Positions 23,493 through 36,121 of a DNA stretch of 64,000 nt are shown here, piece by piece. This stretch comes from Anaeramoeba ignava BMAN (Eukaryota > Protista > Anaeramoebae): NCBI GenBank assembly GCA_028826165.1, contig JAPDFW010000088.1, positions 1 through 64,000 on the forward strand. The letters run 5' to 3'. The position numbers were made by a program, and so were the translations under genes. Under the pieces are notes generated by a model. The model worked only from the letters and a program-made list of their open reading frames with translations. It had not been told where the DNA came from and searched no databases. Numbering within the stretch: position 1 is the stretch's first letter; each line of letters starts with the position of its first letter.

Positions 23493-26400
23493 ATGGAAAT
23501 TTTTACTTCACAGAAATGGGAGCAAACAAGTCCCATTTCTCAAAACCAAGAAAAATTAGTAAAACAACTTGAAAAGATGAATGATTTATCTTTTCCTTGG
23601 CGAATAATTTCACAAACAGAAACAAATATAAATTCAACTGAAAAAAAAACCGATTTAAAAAAACAAAAACAAAAAATTACAAATTTAAAATCTTTCTTTT
23701 CATGGAACTTGGATTTCAGTGAAGAGCAAGAAGAAGTTAATGATCAAGATGTTAATATTCATTATGACGAGCTTAACAAACAAGAAGCGATTCTTGATTC
23801 TATTCTAGATGATATTAATATAGGGATGGAAAAACTTGTTCAACTTGAAAAAGATCATAAAATAGCAAGTACTAAAACAGAAAAACTGCATCAATTATGC
23901 CAGAATCTTCTTCATGATCAAAACTTACTGACTACTTTTTCAAAATCTATTGATGATAAACTTAAATATTTTAATTCATATCAACCTCTTCTTGCTCGTT
24001 TTCAATCTGGAAATTTAAATATTTTTTCAAAAGATTTTGTTTCTCTTATTGAAGATTTAGATGATTCAATTCAATTTTTTCAAGCCAATGTAGATATTAT
24101 TTAATTTCAAAATAATATTTAATTTCAAAATAATATTTAATTTAAAAATATTATTTAATTTCAAAATAATATTTAATTTCAAAATAATATTTAATTTCAA
24201 AATAATATTTAATTTATAAATAATATTTAATTTATAAATAATATTTAATTTATAAATAATATTTAATTTCAAAATAATATTTAATTTATAAATAATATTT
24301 AATTTATAAATAATATTTAATTTCAAAATAATATTTAATTTCAAAATAATATTTAATTTATAAATAATATTTAATTTATAAATAATATTTAATTTCTAAA
24401 ATAATATTTAATTTCAAAATAATATTTAATTTCAAAATAATATTTAATTTCAAAATAATATTTAATTTAAAAATAATATTTAATTTCAAAATGATATTTA
24501 ATTTATAAATAATATTTAATTTCAAAATAATATTTAATTTCAAAATAATATTTAATTTCAAAAATAATATTTAATTTAAAAATAATATTTAATTTCAAAA
24601 TAATATTTAATTTCAAAAATAATATTTAATTTAAAAATAATATTTAATTTCAAAATAATATTTAATTTCAAAATAATATTTAATTTCAAAATAATATTTA
24701 ATTTCAAAATAATATTTAATTTATAAATAATATTTAATTTCAAAATAATATTTAATTTTAAAAATAATATTTAATTTCTAAATAATATTTAATTTAAAAA
24801 TAATATTTAATTTCAAAATAATATTTAATTTCAAAATAATATTTAATTTCAAAATAATATTTAATTTCAAAATAATATTTAATTTATAAATAATATTTAA
24901 TTTAAAAATAATATTTAATTTAAAAATAATATTTAATTTATAAATAATATTTAATTTATAAATAATATTTAATTTCAAAATAATATTTAATTTCAAAATA
25001 ATATTTAATTTCAAAATAATATTTAATTCCAAAATAATATTTAATTTAAAAATAATATTTAATTTCAAAATAATATTTAATTTATAAATAATATTTAATT
25101 TAAAAATAATATTTAATTTAAAAATAATATTTAATTCCAAAATAATATTTAATTTCAAAATAATATTTAATTTCAAAATAATATTTAATTTCAAAATAAT
25201 ATTTAATTTCAAAATAATATTTAATTTAAAAATAATATTTAATTCCAAAATAATATTTAATTTAAAAAATAATATTTAATTTAAAAATAATATTTAATTT
25301 CAAAATAATATTTAATTTCAAAATAATATTTAATTTCAAAATAATATTTAATTTCAAAATAATATTTAATTTCAAAATAATATTTAATTTCAAAATAATA
25401 TTTAATTTAAAAATAATATTTAATTCCAAAATAATATTTAATTTCAAAATAATATTTAATTTCAAAATAATATTTAATTTAAAAATAATATTTAATCCAA
25501 AATTAATATATTCTCTTCTTTTTGATCTTTTTTAAAGGATACTTTTTTGGAAAGTAACATTTATCTTATTAAATTCAAACAACTTCAAACAAGAGCATTT
25601 ACAATGATTAAGCATCAATTTATCGAAAAAATAAGAATTACAACAGAAAAAATAACTCAATCATTAAATGTAAATTGAAATTAAATTGAAATTAAATTAA
25701 ATTGAAATTAAATTAAATTGAAATTAAATTGAAATTAAAATTAAATTGAATGTAAATTGAAATTAAATTGAAATTAAATTGAAATTAAATTGAAATGTAA
25801 ATTGAAATTAAAATTAAATTGAAAATTGAAATTGAAATTAAATTAAATTGAAATTAAATTAAATTAAATTAAATTGAAATTGAAATTAAATTAAAATGAA
25901 ATTAAATTAAAATTGAAATTAAATTGAAATTAAATTGAAATGAAATTGAAATTAAATTGAAATTAAATTGAAATTGAAATTAAATTGAAATTAAATTAAA
26001 TTAAAATTAAAATTAAATTGAAATTAAATTAAAATGAAATTAAATTAAAATTAAAATTGAAATTGAAATTAAATTGAAATTGAAATTAAATTGAAATTAA
26101 AAATTTAAATTGAAATTAAATTGAAATTAAATTGAAATTAAAATTAAAATTGAAATTAAATTGAAATTGAAATTGAAATTAAATTAAAATTAAAATTAAA
26201 TTGAAATTGAAATTAAATTGAAATTAAAATTAAATTAAATTGAAATGTAAATTAAAATTAAAATTAAAATTAAATTGAAATTAAAAATTAAATTGAAATT
26301 AAATTGAAATTAAATTGAAATTAAATTGAAATTAAAATTAAATTGAAATGTAAATTAAATTGAAATTGAAATTAAAATTAAAATTAAATGAATCAAAAGG

Positions 26401-28575
26401 AATTTTCACAACTTGGAGAAACATCAATAATGAAATCTTCAGAAATTTCTCTTTTTTATGCAAATTATAAAACTTTTGCTTCTTCATTTAAAGAACTTTT
26501 TATTCAGTTTGATAAAAGATCTAACAACATTGAAAGCTCAAATATTTATAACGATTGCAAAAACTTTTTCACAAATTCAAGATTAAATTTACTTTTTGAT
26601 CCAATTAACAAACACTTTAAAAAAATCAAAGTATCTCTTGATCTTGTTGATTTTGTAAGTCTAAAAATTTTATTTCCAAAATTTTCAATTTAAGAATTAA
26701 AAAATTAATTTTTTGTTTTTAAGACAAGATTTGTTTCTGAAGAAATTATATTAATAAGCCGAAGAGAATATGAACTTTATCATCAATTCTTCCCTAATTT
26801 TTCTCATCTTGAATTTTCTAAACAAATCATAAATGAAAATCAACAAAATTCAAATGATCCAAATGATAATAACAAAAATGATTCTGAAAACAAGAAAAAC
26901 AATCAATCAGAAAATCAAGATCAAAACCAACAAAAAACACACAATCAAGAACAGACAGATTATCAAATTGATGAATTGGTTAAAAATATAGGGAATATTG
27001 GGTATGATTTATTGCGTACAGATGTATTACAAACAAGAGAAATTATTAAACTTTCCAATTTAATCAATTTAATTCGACAAGAAATCAAGCCACAAATTTT
27101 TCAGAAAGAGAAATATCTACAAATACTTTGGGGAATTTTTGACAGTCTTGTTGAGGATGCACAAGAGCGACTTGTTTTCCAAGCTCAGCTTCTTATTTAT
27201 AATAAAATTGCAGGATTTTCTTTTAATGCGGAACAAATTATGAATTTCATTGAGACTCAAATTGAAAAAAAAAGCTCAACTAACACAGAACCGACAAAGG
27301 ATAGTAATGAAAATTTAACCAAACAAGAAATACAAAGCTGGTATCCTTCCGTTCGTTGGTCTTTGTCGGTTCTTGCTCGGACACACAAGTTAGTTGATCA
27401 AACAATTTTTCAAGCTCTTTCTCAAGAAACTTTACTTTTATGTGAACACTCGCTTGTTCAAGCCTCAAAAACTATTCTTCACTACAAGAAATTTCCTAAT
27501 CCTCTTGAGGCAAATTTTTTTTCGTTACTCTTCTTACTTAGAAATCTTCATATTCTTGTTAGAGAAATGTCTCGTTTTGGAGATATTTATTTTGATAAAC
27601 AATCAATTGCTGATTATTCTTCTTTTGGTACAAAAATTCAACAAAATAATCCTGCTAATCATTCTTTATCCCCCTTTCTTGACCCTAAAAAGTTTATTTT
27701 GGAATTGATTCAAATTAATAATGATAATGATGATAATAATTCTATTCATTCTAAAGTTTTAATGAAAAATGAACTCGGAAAAAAAATTAATGCAATTCAA
27801 CAAGAATTAATATGGATTATAGTTAATGATTCTGCAAATTCTTTGTTAATTCTATTAGATCGTTTGAAAAATGAAAATAAAAATGAAAATCAAATTGAAA
27901 ATGAAAATCAAAATTGAAAATCAAATTGAAAATGAAAATCAAAATGAAAATCAAATTGAAAATCAAATTGAAAATCAAATTGAAAATCAAAATCAAATTG
28001 AAAATCAAATTGAAAATCAAAATCAAATTGAAAATCAAAATCAAATTCAAAATCAAAATCAAATTGAAAATCAAAATGAAAATCAAAATCAAAATCAAAA
28101 TCAAAATCAAATTGAAAATGAAAATCAAATTGAAAATCAAAATCAAAATCAAAATCAAAATCAAAATCAAAATCAAAATCAAAATCAAAATCAAAATCAA
28201 AATCAAAATCAAAATCAAAATCAAAATCAAAATCAAATTGAAAATCAAATTCAAAATCAAAATCAAAATCAAAATCAAAATCAAAATCAAAATCAAAATC
28301 AAAATATTCAACTTCTTTCAGAAATTTCTCATGTAATTGAAGAAACTTCTCATAATTTTACAAAAATTTTAATTCCTAGACTTTCTCGTGTTCTTCTTCA
28401 TGTTAAAAAAGAACTTATTGTTGATCAAGTTTTAATAAATATTTCTTCTTTTCTTTCAAAACTTAAAGAAATAATCCAAAATAATATTTCATCAAAAGGA
28501 GAAGAAAAAATTAAATTATATGAAAAGATTCAAAAACTTCAAAATCTTTTAACAAATTTTAACAAAATGAATTAA
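23493..28575 (+). CDS. COG3: Conserved oligomeric Golgi complex subunit 3. Exons 23493-24089, 25538-25669, 26400-26654, 26724-28575 (1-nt frameshift in the NQ microsatellite near 27910)
   Basis: Sec34/COG3-type motifs KTEKLHQLCQNLL..Q..L...IDDKLKYF, FLESNIYLIKFKQLQTRA, DAQERLVFQAQ, WYPSVRWSLSVLAR...IFQALSQE. All three GT-AG introns are phase-consistent. Confidence 0.88.
24098..25497. repeat. 18-bp minisatellite (TAATATTTAATTTCAAAA variants) filling COG3 intron 1
   Basis: Roughly 75-80 tandem copies; source of the KLNIIL antisense ORFs. Confidence 0.95.
25670..26390. repeat. AAATT/AAATTG simple repeat filling COG3 intron 2
   Basis: Visible simple repeat between the donor at 25670 and the acceptor at 26399. 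Confidence 0.9.
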
Positions 28576-28857
28576 TTAAATATTTTTTTATTATTTTTAA
28601 TATTTTTCGTTATTTTTTTTTTTAACGATTCAAAAAAAAAAAGAAAAAGAAAATTTTTAAAAAGCAAATAAATTTTAAAAAATATCAATTTAATTAATTT
28701 TGACCGTTAGATTTAATTCCTTTAATAATAACTAAAAAATTTTTTTTTTTCTTTTTATTATTTTTCTTTTTCTTTTTTTCTTTTTTTCTTTTTATTAAAT
28801 TTTTTATTAATTTTCAATTAAATCAAAACATAAAAATAAATATTAATATTAATATTA

Positions 28858-30823
28858 ATGACAACAACAGATTCTTGGGTTGATGATGATTTTGAATTTG
28901 ATGCTCCTATGTTTGTTGATTTTAAACAAATGAGTTCAAATGATCCAACTGTTGATAATTGGTTTGAAAATTTCCAAAATGAAAAAACACCAGAAAAAAA
29001 GAAAAATCCTTCACAAAAAACAAATCTAACACAACAAAAAAATCAATCGCATATAAAGAAACAAAAGGTGAAAAATTCTCATTTTCCAAAAAATCCACTT
29101 TTGACTCCCAAAAGTTAAATCAAATAAAAGGATTAATTCTTCATCAATTAAATCAAGAAATGAAACAATTAATGGTTATCAAAAAAATCAACAAGAAATC
29201 AATAAATCTCAATTCAAATCAAATTCCAAAAGAAAACCTATTCTGAAAAGATTGACTAAAAAAAATGATAAAAATATTAATGATGATAATCAAAGAAAAA
29301 AACCAAATCTTCATCAATTTCTCCAACGAAATTGTCCTTTTTTTCAAATTCCAGATTCTGATTCTTCAAAAAATAATCAAAAAAAGGAAAATAAGCCTAA
29401 AATCAATAATCAATTAAAAACTAAACCCTTATTAAAAAAAAACACAACAAATAACAATTTGAATAAAAAAAGTTCAATTAAACCAAGTAGAAAAACCAAT
29501 CAAACAAAACAACCATTTAATAATAAATCATTAATGAGAAGAATATCAGTAAATCAAAATCAAAATCAAAATGAAAATCAAAATGAAAATCAAAATGAAA
29601 ATAAAGAAAATATACTTAAACCAAGTAGAAAAACCAATCAAACAAAACTACCATTTAATAATAAATCATTAATGAGAAGAATATCAGTAAATCAAAATGA
29701 AAATTCAAATGAAAATGAATCAAAATCAAACAGAATAATAAATCAATCCAAATTTTCAAGTTCAATTAAACCAAAAAAAAAGGAGTCAATTAATCTCTCA
29801 CAACAAATTAAACCAAGTAGAAAAACCAATCAAACAAAACATCCATTTAATAATAAATCATTAATGAGAAGAATATCAGTAAATCAAAATCAAAATCAAA
29901 ATGAAAATTCAAATGAAAATCAAAATGAAAATAAAGAAAATATACTTAAACCAAGTAAAAAAACCAATCAAACAAAACTTCCATTTAATAATAAATCATT
30001 AATGAGAAGAATATCAGTAAATCAAAATGAAAATTCAAATGAAAATGAATCAAAATCAAACAGAATAACAAATCAATCCAAATTTTCAAGTTCAATTAAA
30101 CCAAAATCAAACAAATCAAACAGAATAACAAATCAATCCAAATTTTCAAGTTCAATTAAACCAAGTAGAAAAACCAATCAAACAAAACTTCCATTTAATA
30201 ATAAATCATTAATGAGAAGAATATCAGTAAATCAAAATGAAAATTCAAATGAAAATCAAAATGAAAATCAAAATGAAAATAAAGAAAATATACTTAAACC
30301 AAGTAAAAAAACCAATCAAACAAAACTACCATTTAATAATAAATCAATCCAAATTGAGAAGAATAAACCAAGTAAAAAAAAAATCAAAAATTCAAATGAA
30401 AATGAATCAAAATCAAACAGAATAACAAATCAATCCAAATTTTCAAGTTCAATTAAACCAAAATCAAATAAATCAAACAGAATAACAAATCAATCCAAAT
30501 TTTCAAGTTCAATTAAACCAAGTAAAAAAACCAATCAAACAAAACAACCATTTAATAATAAATCATTAATGAGAAGAATATCAGTAAATCAAAATGAAAA
30601 TTCAAATGAAAATGAATCAAAATCAAACAGAATAACAAATCAATCCAAATTTTCAAGTTCAATTAAACCAAATCGCAAAAATCAATCTAAATTAAAAAAG
30701 AAAAATCAAAATGAAAATGAAAAAGAGAAAGAAGAAGAGAAAGAACAAAACTTTACACCCAGTTTACAAGAGTTGATTCAAAGATTAACACAAATTGAAA
30801 AAAAAAGAAATCCACTTTTTTAA
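28858..30823 (+). CDS. TPX2-like protein: N-terminal Aurora-A-binding-like motif plus basic internal repeats; probable intron ~29068-29130 (phase off by 1 nt)
   Basis: The N-terminus DDDFEFDAPMFVDF...VDNWFE matches the TPX2 pattern [YF]x[YF]DAPxxFxxF...DxWF. The second ORF has 7 KPSRKTNQTKxPFNNKS(LMRR) repeats. The splice junction does not resolve cleanly. Confidence 0.6.
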
Positions 30824-31001
30824 AAATAAATAATAAGATAAAAGATTATTTGATTAAAATTTGTTTTTGTTTTTTTTTTAAAATGAACCCTTTTTTTTTA
30901 ATTTCTTTTTTATTAATAAAAACTAAAAAATAAATTTTTGAAAATTTCATTTTTAATTTTTCATTTTTCTTTTTTTCTTTTTTCTTTTTTTAATTTTAAA
31001 A

Positions 31002-32713
31002 ATGAATCCACAAAAAAACTTACTTGAACAAAATTTAGAAGAAATTTTACAAAACGGAAAATTTCATGATGTGATTCTTTGTGTAGGAGAAACACGAAAG
31101 CAATATCGAGCGCATAAATTAATACTAGCAATAAACTCTATGTATTGGAAAAGAATGTTTTATGGGGCATCATGGAAAGAGGTGACCTCAAAAACGATTC
31201 CCGAAATTGAAGTCCCTAATATCGATCCGTTTTTTTTTGAAAAAATATTATTATATGTTTACACTCGCAAAATCGAGTTTCCAAATTTCGATGAGATGAT
31301 TAATATACTTAAAGCTGCTGATTTCTTACTCATAAATGACTTGAAAGATGATTGCGAAAAAATTCTACTTGAAAGTCTTAATGAAGAAAATGTCATTTCT
31401 TTAATTGGATATTCTCTACTTTATAAACTTGACAACCTATTACAAAATGCCAACCGTCTCGTACAAAACTCAATGGAAATATTCAACGATTCTTCTTTAC
31501 TTGTTGGATTTCCAATTGCTGTTGTCGAATATATACTTTCTCTGCAAAATATAAAGTGTTCTGAAATTGATGTTTTTAAATGTTTTCATCAATGGTATTT
31601 GGATTCTACAACCATTTCAGATCATGAAATCCAGCATCTTCTTACTCTCATTAACTTAGAGATCATGAATTTTTCAGAATTGGATGATGTTCTTAAATCT
31701 GGTTTGGTTTCAATGGAAAAAATTGATTTACTTAAAAAGGAATTTAGTTTAGATGATAAAAAAAAGAATTGGGAAAAAATGTCCCGAAGAAAATCAAGGT
31801 TTATTCCTGAAAACAAGGTGTGTTCATTGATTAAATGCTTTTCAACATAATTAATATTTTTTTAAAAATCAAAAAATCAAAAAATCAAAAAATCAAAAAA
31901 TCAAAAAATCAAAAAATCAAAAACATTTCAAAAATATTTACTTTCAAAATTATTCTTTTTCTATTAAAATAATAAAAACACATCTTATGTCTTAAACATT
32001 CAATTTATGATTCTAAATGACTATACTAATTGGGGAATTAAAAATCAATACAGATCAAAGTATTAATAACTGCAGCAGATGACAATACAACATTCAAGAA
32101 CAACATAACCGAATACGTAAAGAGTCATGGAATTGAGAATGCCGAATTGATAGACGCGCGGTACAACCTCCCAACGCTTGAAGAGATGCTAGAATACGAT
32201 GTGATTTTTACATACTCAAGATTTAGTGCATATTTGGACCCAGTTGAGTGGGGAAATCGGCTTGCGGATTATGTTGAGCGTGGCGGAAATATTGTGATGT
32301 CAACCCGGAATTCTCTTCGTTCTGATGCGTCTTATTTTATTGAGGGAAGAATAATCGATGAAAATTTTCTATCCTTAACAAAAGGTCCAAATATTACACA
32401 TCAACATTCTGTTCTTGGAAAGTATGAAGCTGATCATCCTCTCATGGAAAATGTCAAGTCTTTTGATGGCGGAACAGGTTCTTTTCATATTGATGGAAAT
32501 TTGACTGAAGGTGCTCGTTGTGTTGCTTACTGGAATAACGGTAGACCTCTTATTACTTTTAAAAGAAAATTACCTCGTTTTGGAATGGTTGTTGTTATGA
32601 ATATGTTCCCTGTTTCTTTCAAGGTTGCCCATGATTGTTGGGTTACAAGTACTGATGGTGATTGGTTGATTTCAAATGCTCTTTTTTTTGCTGTTAATTC
32701 TCATTTTCTTTAA
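31002..32713 (+). CDS. BTB-BACK protein with a C-terminal alpha/beta (GATase-I/ThuA-like) domain. Exons 31002-31817, 32054-32713
   Basis: BTB motif FHDVILCVG...YRAHKLILAINSMYW and BACK motif SEIDVFKCFHQW. Phase-0 intron GTGTGT...TACAG joins in frame to IKVLITAAD...PTLEEMLEYDVIF...LADYVERGGNIV...HPLM. The C-terminal fold call is an inference. Confidence 0.85.
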
Positions 32714-32799
32714 AAAGAAAAGAAAAGAAAAAATTTTTTTTTGTTCCACTTTTTTTTTTTCTAAAGAAATTGTTGAATCAAATTTTATATTTTGATTTT

Positions 32800-34475
32800 T
32801 ACATTAAATATTGAATTAAATTAAATACTGAATTAAATTAAATATTGAATATTGAATATTAAATTAAATATTGAATTGAATATTGAATTAAATATTGAAT
32901 TGAATATTGAATTGAATATTAAATATTGAATTGAATATTAAATATTGAATATTAAATTAAATTGAATATTGAATTGAATATTAAATATTAAATATTAAAT
33001 ATTGAATTGAATATTAAATTAAATATTAAATATTAAATATTGAATATTGAATATTGAATATTGAATGAATATTGATATTAAGATTGAATATTGAATTAAA
33101 TATTAAATATTAAATATTGAATATTGAATTGAATATTGAATATTGAATTGAATATTAAATTAAATATTGAAATATTAAATATTGAATTGAATATTAAATA
33201 TTGAAATTGAATATTAAATATTGAATCTGAATATTGAATTAAATGAATTGAATATTGAAATTAAATATCTATTGAATATTGAATATTAAAAAAATTAAAA
33301 TATTGAATATTGAATTGAATATTGAAATTGAATATTGAATATTGAAATTGAATATTGAATATTGAAATATGAATATTGAAATGAAATTCGAAAATATGGA
33401 AAATATTGGTGAATATGAAAATTGAATGAATATTGAATAAATATTAAATATGAATAAAAATTGAATTGAAAATAATAAAATTAAATATTGAATTGAATGA
33501 ATCGAATGAATATTGAATATTGAAATTTAAATATAAATATGAATATTGGTAAATCAAATAAATATTGAAATCAAAATTGAAATACAAAATGAATATTGAA
33601 ATATTAAATTAAAATTGAATTGAATAAAAATAAATTGAAAAATCGAAATTGAAATGAAAATGAAAAATTGAATATTGAATTGAATATTGAAATGAATAAC
33701 AAAATATTGAATTATGAAATTGAAATTAATATTAAATATTGAATATTGAAATTGAATATTGAATATTGAATACAAATATTTGAATATTGAATATTGAATA
33801 TTGAATTGAATATTGGTGAATATCGAATATTGAATATTGAAATTGAATATTGAATATTGAATGGAATTGAATGAAATTGAATATTAAAATGAATAAATAT
33901 TGAATATTGAAATAAATATTGAAAATTAAATACGGGAATTGGGAAATTGAATATGAATAAATGAATTGAATGAAATTATTGAATGAATTAAATTAAATAT
34001 TGAATATTAAATATTGAATATTAAATATTGAATATTGGAATTGAATATTAAAATTAAATATTGAATTGAATATTGAATTGGGCCTTTCTTAATAAAATTA
34101 AAATTTAAATATTGAATTGAATATTGAATGAATATTAAATTAAATATTGAATATTAAATATTATTGAATATTGAATTAAATATTATATTGAATTGAATAT
34201 TGAATATTGAATTGAATATTAAATATTGAATTGAATATTGAATTGAATATTGAATTAAATATTAAATATTGAATATTGAATATTAAATTAAATATTGAAT
34301 ATTGAATTGAATATTAAATATTGAATATTGAATTGAATATTGAATATTGAATATTGAATTGAATATTGAATTGAATATTGAATTGAATATTGAATATTGA
34401 ATATTGAATATTGAATATTGAATTGAATATTGAATTAAATATTGAATTAAATATTGAATTAAATATTGAATTAAT
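32800..34475. repeat. Degenerate (ATATTGA/ATTGA)n simple-repeat tract
   Basis: Visible 5-7 bp periodicity. The middle is more scrambled, possibly from low consensus quality. Confidence 0.9.
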
Positions 34476-36121
34476 TTTATATGATCATTTGTTTATTTCT
34501 TTTTATGTTGAGTTTATTTATTTTTTTTTGATACCATAAGACCCCCTTAATTAACAAAAAAAAAGGGAGATTTGATGGGAAATTGGACACCTAAAAGAAA
34601 AAAATTGGGTTTCATTTTTTTCATTTCTATCTTTTTATTTTATCCTTTGTTTTATTATTATAATTATTATAATTATTTTTATTTTTTATTCTTTAAATTG
34701 ATCACATCAAAACGAAAATTAAATTCAAATTCAAATTCAAATTCCAAAACCAAATCAAGTTCAAGGTCTAATCCAAAACTAAAATCAAATCCAAAGACTA
34801 ATCCAAAATCAAAATCAATTGAATCAAATTCAAAATTAATTGAAATACAATTAACACTTTCTAAATTTAAAGGTTTGTAGTGTTTTTTTTAAATAAAATA
34901 AAAATAAAAGATCAAATACAAGAGAAAAAAAAATTTTTTTGCCTTACAAAAATTAAAATTAAAATTAAAATTAAAATTAAAATTAAAATTCAATTCAAAT
35001 TAAAATTAAAATTCAATTCAATTCAAATTAAAATTCAAATTAAAATCAAAATTCCAATTAATTAAAATCAAAATTAAAATTAAAATAAAAATTAAAAATA
35101 AAAATTAAAATTAAAATTCAAATTAAAATTAAAATTAAAATTAAAATTAAAATTAAAATCAAAATTAAAATTAAAATCAAAATCAAAATTAAAATTAAAA
35201 TTAAAATTAAAATTAAAATCAAAATCAAAATTAAAATTAAAATTAAAATTAAAATTGATTAAAATTAAAATTGAAATAATCAAAATTAATTTAAAGGGGT
35301 TAATTTTATTTAATTTAAAATTTAATTAAAATTAAAATTCCAATTAAAATCAAAATTCCAATTAAAATTAAAATTCAAATTAAAATTAAAATTAAAATTA
35401 AAATTGATTAAAATTAAAAATTGAAATAATTAAAATTAATTTAAAATTTAATTAAAATTTAATTAAAATTTAATTTAAAATTTAATTGGAATTAAATTGG
35501 AATTTTCCTTTGATCAAAATAATAAAAATTTAATTAAAATAATAATAAAAATAACTCTAAATAAAATTACTCATATGGTGACTCAGATCAATTATTAATT
35601 AAATTATAGAAATAAAATCTATAAAAATTGGAAATCTATAAAAAGAGAAAAAAAAAAATTTTAAAAAGAAAACGTGGCAAAAAATTAAAAAAAAAATAAA
35701 CCCTTTGAAAAAGAATTTTGTTAACAATAAATCAATAGATTATCTTACAAATTAATTAAAAAAATAAAAACAATCCCTTTTATAATAATAATAATATTTA
35801 ATAAGAATATTTTAATTTTAATTTTAATTTTAATTTTAAAATATTAAATTTTGATCAAAGCTTTTTTTTTAAATACGTGTAATTAAATTTTTGTTTTTTT
35901 CTATTTGGCAAAATAATTCAAATTTAAAAAAAATTAATTAAAATTACAATTAAAATTAAAATTTTTAATTATTATTATTTAAAAAAGAAAAGAAAAAAAA
36001 TTTTTTTTTTAGATCAATGAAGGGTTAAAAATCCAAAAATTCAAAAAAAACAAAAATCAATTTTATTTTCGTTTTTTTTTAAAATTTGTTTTAATTTTTT
36101 TAATTCAAACAAAAAATAATA

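Noticed and set aside
22164-25465. ORFs such as FIIK/LLNL/KLNIIL, and similar ILIL, KIKI, FNFN, IDID ORFs elsewhere (27823-28336, 35092, 39816, 47336-47926, 51481, 57766, 59337-60494)
   Set aside because: They are translations of stop-free simple repeats in introns or intergenic DNA, or alternative frames of coding NQ tracts.
32800-34475. Telomeric repeat tract
   Set aside because: The tract is internal, degenerate and lacks G-runs, and the same motif fills a SEC20 intron.
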